Counted from the stretch's first letter, positions 17,305-26,785 are shown. The stretch is 64,000 nt of DNA from Candidatus Hermodarchaeota archaeon (GCA_048885865.1 JBHLLF010000016.1:1-64000); one strand, 5' to 3'. The notes: generated by a model not told the origin, from the letters alone. Program-made: numbers and translations.

Positions 17305-20031
17305 ATGAGGATGGCATTAAGAGACGTCTTGCTGAAACGAATAGCCCAGGCAATTGTGACAATCTTCATTGTACTTGCAATTGATTTCGTGATATTCCAC
17401 ATTCTTCCGGGCGACCCAATGACCTTTCTAGCTCGAAATCCAAACCTATCGGAAGTCGCCCAAGAGAGAATGATTGAGCAGTTTGGACTTGATAAACCAC
17501 TATGGGAGCAATTCATTCTCTTTCTTGCTAATTTCCTCCAAATGAGACTAGGTATGTCTTTCCATTTCCGAGAAGAAGTAGGACCGATTATAATTCACCA
17601 CCTAGGAAATACTCTGATTCTAGTATTGCCTGCATCTATTGGGGCGATAGTCATAGGAATTTGGGTGGGAAAGAACTCAGCTTGGCGTCGTGGCAAAGCA
17701 GGCGATTTAGTCGGCCTTCTATTCTCGTTAATCACTTACTCAATTCCCACGTTTTGGCTAGGCATGTTCTTCATCATGCTGTTTGCATTTGGCCTTGGGT
17801 GGTTCCCTGCAACTCCAGGCTTGACTACCCCCGGCATGGATTTCACTGGTGATCCTGTCGGTTTGATTATAGATATGATTTCTCACTTGATGCTTCCATG
17901 GACGGTGCTCATTGTAGCAATCCTTGGCTCTTTTGCTCTAATTACTAGGAACGCACTACTTGATGTATTGAGCGAGGACTACATGCTTACTGCCAAAGCA
18001 AAGGGGAGAACTGAGAAAGATCAGCTGAATAAGGAAGCGATGCCGAATGCTATGATCCCCATTACAACGGTGATCGCTCTTCAGCTTGGATTTTCAGTTG
18101 CAGGGGCACTTCAGACTGAAGTCGTATTTTCTTATCCTGGCATCGGGAATCTAATTTGGGAAGGAGTCTACTATCGCGACTATCCGCTTTTGCAGGCTGC
18201 GTTCTTTATGATAACCGTAGTAGTGGTGTTTGCCAATCTCATTGCGGACTTCATCTATTTCTATCTAGACCCAAGAATTAGAGTTGGTGCTGAATTCACA
18301 ATAAGTGAGGAGAAACCTCCAAGACCGCTCTCTCATTATGGCTTGGCAGTGATAGCAGTAGTGGCACTATTGTCTACGTGGGCTGTAATAGGTATAACCA
18401 CAGTTCTTCCGCTCTTCATTCTCATACTAATCATAAAAAGAAAGCCTGTTCTGCAATTCTTAAAGGCTCGACTTAGCACACTAACTCCCTCAAACCTTCT
18501 TTACGCTTGGAAGACCAAACGGTCACAGATTCTAGTTCGATTCTCTGCGATTTCCCTAGTTATCAATTTGATTGCTTTAAGCATCATAGCGATATCAGGA
18601 GTCTTCATCCCTGAATGGGGCTTCTTCTGGGGCGCTGCATTTTTCGGATTACGGTCGTTCCCCCCCATTCCACCAGGAATGGAATATCCGGAATGGTCTT
18701 TGGCTCTAGCATCAATTGCCCATCCATCAGTTATGCAAATCGCCCTTACTGGCATAGCGTTAGGAGTCATCTTGGGTAGGAGAAAAAGCCTCGGTGCCAC
18801 CTCAAGTCGATTCATGAAAACACGTATGGGCACAGTTGGAATCTCCCTTGTGGCAATGTTCGCAGGAATGACGCTCTTTGGAGATATTATTGCCCCATAT
18901 AATCCTGAGGCATTTTTCACTGGAATATGGTATCAGCCTCCTGATATTATGCCAGAGATGCAAATGCTCATGGTAACAGGGGGCGCGGCATCACTTATTG
19001 GTGCGACAATAATCTGGTGGATATTTGATCGTATAAAACAGCCTGCTATTCCTAGACACTTCATTTCAATTCTAACTGGAGGACTCATTCTATTTGTTTC
19101 ATTGTTATTTGCGGAACGGTCTCTCCAGGTTGAAAATCAAGCTACCTTGGTCTATTCTGTAGGGATTGGACTCATCGCGGTCGTTATCATTCTGAGAAGC
19201 TTAATGACAGCAAGACAAGATTCCATCCTTCAGAGTCTAAAAATGCACCTTCCAAGATTATTAATCGCTCTAGTGGGTGTGATAGGAGTTGGCGTTCTAG
19301 TCCAGGGCATTCTTCAAGCACCTTGGGCAGTCCCTCTTGATTTTCCAGGTTACCACCTTATGGGTACGGACCAATTGGGTAGAGATGTATATAGCCAACT
19401 AATTATCGCTGTGAGGATCACACTTCTGATTGGAATCGTTGCTACAACGATGTCTGTCATTATAGGCACTCTGATAGGCCTTGTTGCAGGCTACTATGGT
19501 GGAATTATCGACTCCTTCCTGATGCGATTCACAGACATATTTTTCGTAATCCCGAGTCTACTACTAATGATTGTTATGGCTGCTGTCTTGGGACCGTCGA
19601 TTGTGACGCTCATTATTGTGATTGGTCTGTTCTCTTGGTCCTCCACCGCACGCATTGTAAGAGGGCAGGTACTATCGGTTAAAGAACGGACTTACATCGA
19701 GAGGGTGAGAGCGGTTGGCGGGGGCAATTTCTACATCATGGGCAAGCATGTTCTGACGGCTGTTGCTCCACTTGTTGTTGCCAACACAATCCTTGTGACT
19801 GCGTGGGCGATTCTCTCAGAAGTCGTCTTGGATTTCTTTGGCCTTGGAGACCCTGCTATGATAAGCTGGGGCACTATGCTATATCTCGCATTTAATGCTG
19901 GTTCGATGTCTAATAACCTGTGGTGGCTAGTATTTCCCCCAGGAATCATGGTTGTGCTTCTCCTCCTCGGTGTGTCAATGGTAGGATACGCCATGGATGA
20001 GATTGTTAATCCAAGACTTAGGAGGAGGTAG
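17305..20031 (+). CDS. Fused OppB/OppC-type ABC permease with extra TM segments
   Basis: OppB motifs (LPGDP, EDYMLTAKAKG, RDYP, LDPRIR) and OppC motifs (MGTDQLGRD, YIERVRAVG, NPRLR) in one 908-aa ORF. Confidence 0.92.
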   Translation: MRMALRDVLLKRIAQAIVTIFIVLAIDFVIFHILPGDPMTFLARNPNLSEVAQERMIEQFGLDKPLWEQFILFLANFLQMRLGMSFHFREEVGPIIIHHLGNTLILVLPASIGAIVIGIWVGKNSAWRRGKAGDLVGLLFSLITYSIPTFWLGMFFIMLFAFGLGWFPATPGLTTPGMDFTGDPVGLIIDMISHLMLPWTVLIVAILGSFALITRNALLDVLSEDYMLTAKAKGRTEKDQLNKEAMPNAMIPITTVIALQLGFSVAGALQTEVVFSYPGIGNLIWEGVYYRDYPLLQAAFFMITVVVVFANLIADFIYFYLDPRIRVGAEFTISEEKPPRPLSHYGLAVIAVVALLSTWAVIGITTVLPLFILILIIKRKPVLQFLKARLSTLTPSNLLYAWKTKRSQILVRFSAISLVINLIALSIIAISGVFIPEWGFFWGAAFFGLRSFPPIPPGMEYPEWSLALASIAHPSVMQIALTGIALGVILGRRKSLGATSSRFMKTRMGTVGISLVAMFAGMTLFGDIIAPYNPEAFFTGIWYQPPDIMPEMQMLMVTGGAASLIGATIIWWIFDRIKQPAIPRHFISILTGGLILFVSLLFAERSLQVENQATLVYSVGIGLIAVVIILRSLMTARQDSILQSLKMHLPRLLIALVGVIGVGVLVQGILQAPWAVPLDFPGYHLMGTDQLGRDVYSQLIIAVRITLLIGIVATTMSVIIGTLIGLVAGYYGGIIDSFLMRFTDIFFVIPSLLLMIVMAAVLGPSIVTLIIVIGLFSWSSTARIVRGQVLSVKERTYIERVRAVGGGNFYIMGKHVLTAVAPLVVANTILVTAWAILSEVVLDFFGLGDPAMISWGTMLYLAFNAGSMSNNLWWLVFPPGIMVVLLLLGVSMVGYAMDEIVNPRLRRR

Positions 20032-21026
20032 TGGAGCAAATGACTGAAGCATCATCACAAATCCCTGCTGGTCAACCCCTACTCAAGGTATCAGGTCTGA
20101 AAGTGTACTATCATATATCCCAAGGAATCGTCAAAGCAGTCGACGAAATCGATTTCACAGTGAACTGCGGAGAGTTTGTTGGGCTTAGCGGGGAAAGCGG
20201 CTGTGGAAAGACAACCACTGCGATGACATTGATGAAGATTCTCCCTCGAGAAGGAGTCATTGAAGGAGGGCAAGCTCTCTTCAACAACCGTGACATTCTC
20301 ACCATGAAGACAAAGGAGATTCAGGCATTTCGTTGGCAGGAAATATCAATGGTCTTTCAGGGAGCCATGAACTCACTAAATCCAGTGCATCGTGTAATTG
20401 ACCAAATGGTGAAAGCAATACAAATCCACCAGCGTATGCCGCGAGAGAAGGCTAGAGAAATAGCACTTGAACTTATAGAATCCGTGGGAATTGACAAATC
20501 GAGAGCAAGAGCATATCCTCATGAACTTAGTGGGGGAATGAAACAACGTCTAATGATTGCCCTCGCTCTTGTGCTACATCCGCCCCTTGTTATTGCTGAT
20601 GAACCAACCACTGCGCTGGATGTGATGATCCAAGCACAGATTCTTGATCTCTTCAAGCAACTCAGAAAAAGAACAAGTCTATCTCTCCTAATAATAACAC
20701 ACGACTTGTCAGTCCTAGCTGAAACCTGTGACAAGGTGATCATAATGTATGCTGGAAAGATAGTAGAAGAGGCTTCGACTGAGATACTCTTCAACGAACC
20801 AGCACACCCCTATACCAGGAAGCTCATTTCATCATTCCCAAGCATTCTCGCCGATAAGGAGATAGACTTCATCCCAGGAAATCCACCAGATCTGATTGAC
20901 CCCCCGGTAGGATGTAACTTCCATCCAAGGTGCAGTTATGCAGCTGATATCTGCAAAACTGAAGAGCCTCCACTTATTGACGAAGGAGGACATAGAGTGG
21001 CTTGTTTTAGGAGGAATGAGATTTAA
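20031..21026 (+). CDS. Opp/Dpp-type ABC ATPase (OppD-like)
   Basis: GESGCGKTT, LSGGMKQR and DEPT motifs; C-terminal Cys cluster. Confidence 0.95.
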   Translation: MEQMTEASSQIPAGQPLLKVSGLKVYYHISQGIVKAVDEIDFTVNCGEFVGLSGESGCGKTTTAMTLMKILPREGVIEGGQALFNNRDILTMKTKEIQAFRWQEISMVFQGAMNSLNPVHRVIDQMVKAIQIHQRMPREKAREIALELIESVGIDKSRARAYPHELSGGMKQRLMIALALVLHPPLVIADEPTTALDVMIQAQILDLFKQLRKRTSLSLLIITHDLSVLAETCDKVIIMYAGKIVEEASTEILFNEPAHPYTRKLISSFPSILADKEIDFIPGNPPDLIDPPVGCNFHPRCSYAADICKTEEPPLIDEGGHRVACFRRNEI

Positions 21027-22012
21027 TGCAGAACGCAATTCTGGAAACCAGAAACCTCAAGAAATGGTTCACGGTGAGGGCTGGGTTCCTCTCAAGCCTC
21101 ATCTCAAAAGGATCTGACACCTTTATTCGGGCTGTTGATGGAGTTGACCTAGAGATCAACCAAGGCGAGGTCTTTGCGATTGCAGGAGAAAGCGGTTGTG
21201 GAAAGACCACAATTGCAAGACTGATTATGCGATTAGAATCGTTGACCGACGGTGAGATTTGGTTCGAGGGAGAGAAAATCTCTGCATTGAATGAGGGTAA
21301 GTTCAAGGAGTATCGAAGAAGAATCCAGATGATTTTCCAAGACCCATACGGTTCGCTTAGCAATAATATGACGATAGGCGAGATTGTGGCAGAGCCTCTC
21401 AAGATTCATAGTGTCTACGCCTCATCAAGTGAAATCGAAGAGCGTGTGCTAGCTGCACTTGAGGACGTAGGCCTTCGTCCTGCAAAGGAGTTTGCAAGTA
21501 GGATACCCCATGAATTGAGTGGAGGACAAAGGCAACGTGTGGCAGTGGCTGCAGCACTCGTATTGAATCCCGTTCTTCTCATTGCTGACGAACCAGTTTC
21601 GATGCTAGATGTTTCAATGAGGGGACAGATTCTGAAGCTATTGCTTGAGCTCCGGGAAAAGAAAGGAATCACGCTAGTGTTGATAACACATAATCTGGCT
21701 GTAGCCAAACAGATGTCAGATAGGATTGCAGTTGCATACCTGGGCAGAGTTGTTGAAACTGGAGTTACTAAAGACATCATCGACAACCCAAGCCATCCCT
21801 ACACAAAAGCGCTGGTTTCAGTCGTCCCTGTTCCAGAAACTGGTGTAAAAAGAGAAAGACTCCTTCTCACAGGGGAGATTCCAAGTCCGATTGACATCCC
21901 AACAGGTTGTAGATTTCATACTCGGTGCCCATTTGCAAAGGAAAAGTGCAGCGTGGAAGAACCTGAACTGAAGACAATGCCCGATGGACGGCAAGTCGCC
22001 TGCCATGATTAG
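21026..22012 (+). CDS. Opp/Dpp-type ABC ATPase (OppF-like)
   Basis: GESGCGKTT, LSGGQRQR, DEP and GCRFHTRC motifs. Confidence 0.95.
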   Translation: MQNAILETRNLKKWFTVRAGFLSSLISKGSDTFIRAVDGVDLEINQGEVFAIAGESGCGKTTIARLIMRLESLTDGEIWFEGEKISALNEGKFKEYRRRIQMIFQDPYGSLSNNMTIGEIVAEPLKIHSVYASSSEIEERVLAALEDVGLRPAKEFASRIPHELSGGQRQRVAVAAALVLNPVLLIADEPVSMLDVSMRGQILKLLLELREKKGITLVLITHNLAVAKQMSDRIAVAYLGRVVETGVTKDIIDNPSHPYTKALVSVVPVPETGVKRERLLLTGEIPSPIDIPTGCRFHTRCPFAKEKCSVEEPELKTMPDGRQVACHD

Positions 22013-22020
22013 GGAGAATC

Positions 22021-22067
22021 TGTTCATCATTGTTCATATGTGTTGGGAGTGCTTTTCATCATGTTCA
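22021..22067 (+). promoter_or_regulatory. 47-bp four-box operator/promoter upstream of the corrinoid/methyltransferase pair
   Basis: TGTTCA-tcat-TGTTCA-tatg-TGTTGG-gagtgcttttcatca-TGTTCA. Confidence 0.85.
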
Positions 22068-22110
22068 TTCTCTACAGTGCCTATTAACCAGGGCAATTGA
22101 GTGTGGAATC

Positions 22111-22758
22111 ATGAGTGATGCAATTGAGAATCTGAAACAAGCTGTTATTGATGGTGATGCAGAGGCTGTTTCCAAATACTCCACTGAGGCAATAGAATCC
22201 GGTGCAGCACCTCTGGATATTCTGGAAAGGGGCATCTCTGAAGGGGCGAAAACAGTGGGTGAGCAATTTGAACGAATGGAGATCTTCCTCACTGAGCTAA
22301 TGCTTTCAGGAGAAGCTATGATGGCGGGGCTAGAAGTGGTTCTGCCGCATATTGAAGCTGGGGATGTACCACAGAGGGGAAAGGTCGTAGTAGGCACAGT
22401 GCGAGGCGATATCCATGAGATTGGTAAGAACATCTTCAAGTCACTCCTTGTAGCTAATGGGTTCGAAGTGAGTGACATAGGCGTTGATGTCCCAACATCC
22501 AAGTTCATTGAAGAGGCTGAGAGGATAAACGCCGATATCATAGCCATATCAGCACTCATGACTTCAACACTTGGAGGGCAGAAGGATGTCATTGACTATC
22601 TTGAGCAGTCTGGTAAACGAGGAGAATTCATGGTAATGGTTGGAGGGGGTCCCACCAATCAGGAATGGGCAGACGAGATAGGAGCAGATGGCTTTGCAGA
22701 AACTGCACCTGAAGCTGTGAGGGTGGCCATGCAACTCGTTGAGAAAAGGAGGGGCTGA
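22111..22758 (+). CDS. Methyltransferase cognate corrinoid protein (MtmC/MtbC-like)
   Basis: GTVRGDIHEIGKN (DxHxxG), SALMTST and VGGGP..IGADG motifs. Confidence 0.95.
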   Translation: MSDAIENLKQAVIDGDAEAVSKYSTEAIESGAAPLDILERGISEGAKTVGEQFERMEIFLTELMLSGEAMMAGLEVVLPHIEAGDVPQRGKVVVGTVRGDIHEIGKNIFKSLLVANGFEVSDIGVDVPTSKFIEEAERINADIIAISALMTSTLGGQKDVIDYLEQSGKRGEFMVMVGGGPTNQEWADEIGADGFAETAPEAVRVAMQLVEKRRG

Positions 22759-22762
22759 ACTC

Positions 22763-24142
22763 ATGATTCCAATCATCGAGATTGCTAAAAGAGCACTTGA
22801 CGGAAAGCCGCTCATAGAAAAAGAGTATGACATGAGGGTATTTTCTCCTAGGGTCCGAGAACTTGTAAAGGAGTATGGTATTAGCTATGATCCCGATGTT
22901 CTGGTTCCATCAGATGATGGTCTCGCGGACGCAGTATTCAAAGCGGCCTTTGATCTCATCTGTAACGTGGGAGTATATTGTAAAGACACAGAGCGGATCA
23001 TTGCCTTCGAAGAGAAAGAGGTTCGCAGCGAACTGAAGACCTCTTTTGACCACGCTGTTCTAGGAGAAGGAATGGAACAGAGAACTTTGCTACCGAGGAA
23101 ACCAGAATCCAAGGAAAAACCATGGATATTCGCTGGAGCGGGTGGTGTAACTGTTTCAGATGAGAGTATCTTCGTGCGTCTTGTGGAGAATTATGCAAAG
23201 AGAATTCCAATTGCCAATGCCATCACAACCCCATGCTTGCTCTCTGTTGATGGCGCCAATATCAGGGCCAAATCACCTCTTGAAATCGAAGGCTCAATTC
23301 GCACAGTTGTTTTGGGCAGAGAAGCTCTGAGAAGAGCAGGTCGGCCTGGACTTCCTATTATGAATGCTATTGGCACAGCAGAATCAGCGATTGCACTAGC
23401 ATCTGGACTTCATCCAGATTTTGGCCTACGGAAGACAGATGGATATATGATTGCAGAGCTAGCAGAACTCAAGACAGATCTGGATCTCCTCAACCGAGCA
23501 GCATTATTGCAATCACTGAATGTACCCATTGCTGGAATATATGGCCCAATCTATGGAGGATTCGCAGGTGGAGCAGAAGGCACAGCTGTCACCAGTACTG
23601 CATTTCACATTCAGGGGATTCTCACCTACGGTGCTTCATGGACACTCTGTTTCCCCATTCATATCAAGTATACATCAAGCTCATCACCTGAACTGATATG
23701 GCTGGCTGCTCTCTACTCACAGGCTGTCAGCAGAAACACAAAGGTTCCAGCGCTTTATTACAACTACACTGCTGCAGGCCCTTGTACAGAGATGGTCCTT
23801 CAGGAATTTGCTGCAGAGTTCATTGCAGCTGTTTCCTCAGGAGCCTCAATAGAAACTGGAGGAGTGGCAAAAGGGAAATACTTTGACTATCTGACACCCA
23901 TTGAGCCTATGTTTGCTTCAGAAGTAGCGTATGCAACCGCGGGCGTTAAGAGATCTGACGCAAATGAAATTGCTAAACAGATTGTGCCAAAGTTCATTGA
24001 CAAGGTTCCTGATCCTCCAAGAGGCAAGCGTTTCCAAGAATGCTGTGACATGGTGACCGGGGACCCTTCAAAGGAATGCTTTGAGATATACGAGAAGGTG
24101 AAGAAGGAGGTTTCTGACCTCGGAATCGAGTTTCTTTATTGA
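22763..24142 (+). CDS. mtmB: Monomethylamine methyltransferase MtmB-family protein, pyrrolysine-free
   Basis: DGLADAVFKAAF, YCKDTERII, AGRPG, ELKTDLD, PIYGGFAGG, AGPCTEM and PRGKRFQEC match MtmB; no in-frame TAG. Confidence 0.88.
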   Translation: MIPIIEIAKRALDGKPLIEKEYDMRVFSPRVRELVKEYGISYDPDVLVPSDDGLADAVFKAAFDLICNVGVYCKDTERIIAFEEKEVRSELKTSFDHAVLGEGMEQRTLLPRKPESKEKPWIFAGAGGVTVSDESIFVRLVENYAKRIPIANAITTPCLLSVDGANIRAKSPLEIEGSIRTVVLGREALRRAGRPGLPIMNAIGTAESAIALASGLHPDFGLRKTDGYMIAELAELKTDLDLLNRAALLQSLNVPIAGIYGPIYGGFAGGAEGTAVTSTAFHIQGILTYGASWTLCFPIHIKYTSSSSPELIWLAALYSQAVSRNTKVPALYYNYTAAGPCTEMVLQEFAAEFIAAVSSGASIETGGVAKGKYFDYLTPIEPMFASEVAYATAGVKRSDANEIAKQIVPKFIDKVPDPPRGKRFQECCDMVTGDPSKECFEIYEKVKKEVSDLGIEFLY

Positions 24143-24145
24143 TGA

Positions 24146-25288
24146 TTAGCCCAATCGATATTTCCTGCCAATCTCTGGCTTCTCTCCGAAGTAGAGGACA
24201 GCAGTAGAAACACCTTCTTCACGCGCGAACTCGTCCACTCCCTCAAAACGCAGCAAAGCGAGAAGGAGCTTTAGCCCCAGGTCCTTCATGAAGGATGTTC
24301 GTGACCTCAATTGCACTCGGGTCAGCTCGTTATCTGTCCTCACATCGCACTTCTCAAGGAGTCCTAGAGAAGTCACACCCAATGCAACTCGCTTTACAAT
24401 GTCAACAATACTGGTTGGAGTTTCGAGTCCGTGGGGGTCCATCTGCTCAATGTGATCTCGAACGCTGATCACCGTTCGTTCATCCAAGGCATCCTTTATC
24501 GTATGATGCATTAGCCATTCAAGTAATGAAGGGCTCAACGTAACGGCTCCACTTTGGCCTGCCTGCATGAGCATGATTTCTCTACGTTCCTGCCATAGAC
24601 TGAGAACTCGTCTGTCACGGTCTTCTTTAATGGTGCTAAAGACACGAGAATCAACCCACATCACACTGATTTTATTCTCAGCAACAACTTCTGCATCAAC
24701 AGTATACCCAGCTTCATCCCACTCAGCTATAAGCATCAACAGGAGAATCTCTGGTTGTTCACGCATGAGCTTGGCCGTTGCTAGAATGGTCTTACGCTCG
24801 GGATGAATCTCGACAGACCCAAAGATGCCCATTCTTTCCAGAAGCTTCACATTGCTCACAAATGAGTCAAATGAGTTTTTCCACATCTCCTGTGGAATGG
24901 TTCCTAGTCCGCGAAGTAGTTTCGTTTGTTGATGACCGATTCTTTGAAGCCTGGATATGAGTTCCGAAGCTCCTTGACCAGAACAACCAAGCTGGGCTAA
25001 GACAGATAGAACTTGAGAGCTCACAAGACCCATGTCAGCAGAATCGATAAGTGATCTGCGTAGGTTTGACACCTCCATGGCCTCGCATTCATCACAACTT
25101 GGTATATCTCGTCTAGTGCTGTAGAAATCTACTGCTTCCTCCAATACATCATTGATGCGACCTGTTTCACCAGCCAAATCATGAAGAAGCTGACGTGTGC
25201 CTGCAGAAATGGTAGTATGGAGATGCACTCTTGACGCAGAAGACTTGCGCCTCTCAGACTCCGCAGCTCTTCCTTGTTCTTTCCTCAT
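24146..25288 (-). CDS. Putative transcription regulator: N-terminal ribbon-helix-helix, CxxC, tandem ligand-binding-like domains
   Basis: RVHLHTTIS-AGTRQLLHDLA-GRINDVLEEAVDFY strand-helix-helix pattern, then SCDEC. Start uncertain. Confidence 0.65.
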   Translation of the reverse strand: MRKEQGRAAESERRKSSASRVHLHTTISAGTRQLLHDLAGETGRINDVLEEAVDFYSTRRDIPSCDECEAMEVSNLRRSLIDSADMGLVSSQVLSVLAQLGCSGQGASELISRLQRIGHQQTKLLRGLGTIPQEMWKNSFDSFVSNVKLLERMGIFGSVEIHPERKTILATAKLMREQPEILLLMLIAEWDEAGYTVDAEVVAENKISVMWVDSRVFSTIKEDRDRRVLSLWQERREIMLMQAGQSGAVTLSPSLLEWLMHHTIKDALDERTVISVRDHIEQMDPHGLETPTSIVDIVKRVALGVTSLGLLEKCDVRTDNELTRVQLRSRTSFMKDLGLKLLLALLRFEGVDEFAREEGVSTAVLYFGEKPEIGRKYRLG

Positions 25289-25404
25289 GAACATCATCTC
25301 AAGAAGCATGTTCACAATAGCGTCTCCAAGATGATGGTGTGAACATAAGGTCTCCGTACAAACTGGATCGAATGGAGCTGTGTTGAGTCATGTACATATC
25401 AACA
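25288..25404. promoter_or_regulatory. TGWWCA boxes in the divergent regulator/M20 intergenic region
   Basis: TGAACA 25288, TGTTCA 25309 (15-nt spacer), TGAACA 25340, TGTTGA-N4-TGTACA 25381-25396, TCAACA 25399. Confidence 0.65.
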
Positions 25405-25477
25405 CAAAATATGAAGAACAGCAGATTTAATCAAAGCGTATGCATTGCAGAATCAAGATGGAGGCATTAGGTCATCG

Positions 25478-26779
25478 ATGACAAGCGAACAGAGAAAGTC
25501 AACAACCAAATCAGCCCTCAATTGGATTGATGATAACCAAGAACGTCTCATAGGTCTGACACAAGATCTAGTCCGAATTCCTAGCATCTCAGGAGAAGAG
25601 TATGAGGTTCAGAAAAGGGTGTTCAAGGAGCTAGAAGGGATGAACCTTAGGCCAGAGTTCTTCAATCCTGATGAAAAGAGGCTTCGGAGTCACAAAGACT
25701 TCTTTGAAACAACATCATTTGTTAGATATGGTTATGACAACAGACCAAATGTGGGAGGAGTTTGGAAGGGATCAAGTGGAGGAAGATCCATCTGTCTGAG
25801 CGGACATGTAGATGTGGTATCACCGGAACCATTGGACCAGTGGACAAGCAACCCTTGGTCCGGAGATGTCGTGGATGGCAACATTCACGGCAGAGGTGCA
25901 GGGGATATGAAAGCAGGAGTTGCCGCTATGATCTTTGCAGTGCAAGCGCTTCAAGAGAATGGCATCAGGTTGAAGGGTGATGTCCAAGTTGAAACCACCA
26001 TCGAAGAGGAGGATGGAGGAGTTGGAGGAGTTTTCTATATGAGGACTGTAAGACCAAAGACAGATGCCGCATTTGTCCCAGAACCGACAAATCTCATGAT
26101 TACACTTGCTAGTGCAGGGGTCATGTATTTCCGAGTGACGGTTCCAGGTATGCCAGCGCACGCAGCTACAGCCCACTTTGGTGTGAATGCCGTCCAGAAG
26201 ATGATACCAGTAATTAATGCCATTCAGAAACTCCATGAGGCCCGTCAGGCTAGAATCAGATACAGTTACGCAGAAACAGATTCTAGAATGAAAGGAAGAG
26301 CCACTACAATCAATATTGGAGTCATCAGGGCGGGGGATTGGCCTTCCACAGTTCCAGGCACATGCACGATTGAGTGCAGGATAGGATTCCCGCCAGGAGA
26401 AACTCGCGAAGAAGTGATAAAGCAAGTTGAGGATGCTGTTAGCAAAGCGACGGAGGGAGATGAGTGGCTTAGAAATAATCCTCCTGTTGTGGAATGGTTT
26501 GGATGGAAAGCACGCCCCCATGAGTTGGATGCAAATAATGACTTTGTACAGCTTGTCAAACAGAGTGTTATTCACGTGGCTGGCCGAGTACCAGACTTCG
26601 TTGGAGGTTCAGCAGGCCTAGATACCAGATTCTTTGTGCATCATGGAGTTCCCGCATTAACCTGTGGCCCACTGGCAGAGAGGATCCACTCCTTCGATGA
26701 AATTGTAAGCGTTGAATCTATTGTGCAGACATCTCAAATCATTGCAAAGACAATGCTCGAGTGGTGCGGCACTCAATAG
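25478..26779 (+). CDS. M20 family ArgE/DapE-like deacylase
   Basis: GHVDVV, GRGAGDMK, EEEDGG, EPT and IHSFDE motifs. Confidence 0.93.
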   Translation: MTSEQRKSTTKSALNWIDDNQERLIGLTQDLVRIPSISGEEYEVQKRVFKELEGMNLRPEFFNPDEKRLRSHKDFFETTSFVRYGYDNRPNVGGVWKGSSGGRSICLSGHVDVVSPEPLDQWTSNPWSGDVVDGNIHGRGAGDMKAGVAAMIFAVQALQENGIRLKGDVQVETTIEEEDGGVGGVFYMRTVRPKTDAAFVPEPTNLMITLASAGVMYFRVTVPGMPAHAATAHFGVNAVQKMIPVINAIQKLHEARQARIRYSYAETDSRMKGRATTINIGVIRAGDWPSTVPGTCTIECRIGFPPGETREEVIKQVEDAVSKATEGDEWLRNNPPVVEWFGWKARPHELDANNDFVQLVKQSVIHVAGRVPDFVGGSAGLDTRFFVHHGVPALTCGPLAERIHSFDEIVSVESIVQTSQIIAKTMLEWCGTQ

Positions 26780-26785
26780 TCAGGA

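Noticed and set aside
22030-22110. N-terminal extension of the corrinoid protein
   Set aside because: It spans the operator/promoter; the conserved protein starts at ATG 22111.
22763-24142. Pyrrolysine (TAG) readthrough in mtmB
   Set aside because: The ORF is uninterrupted; the Pyl-equivalent codon is ATG.
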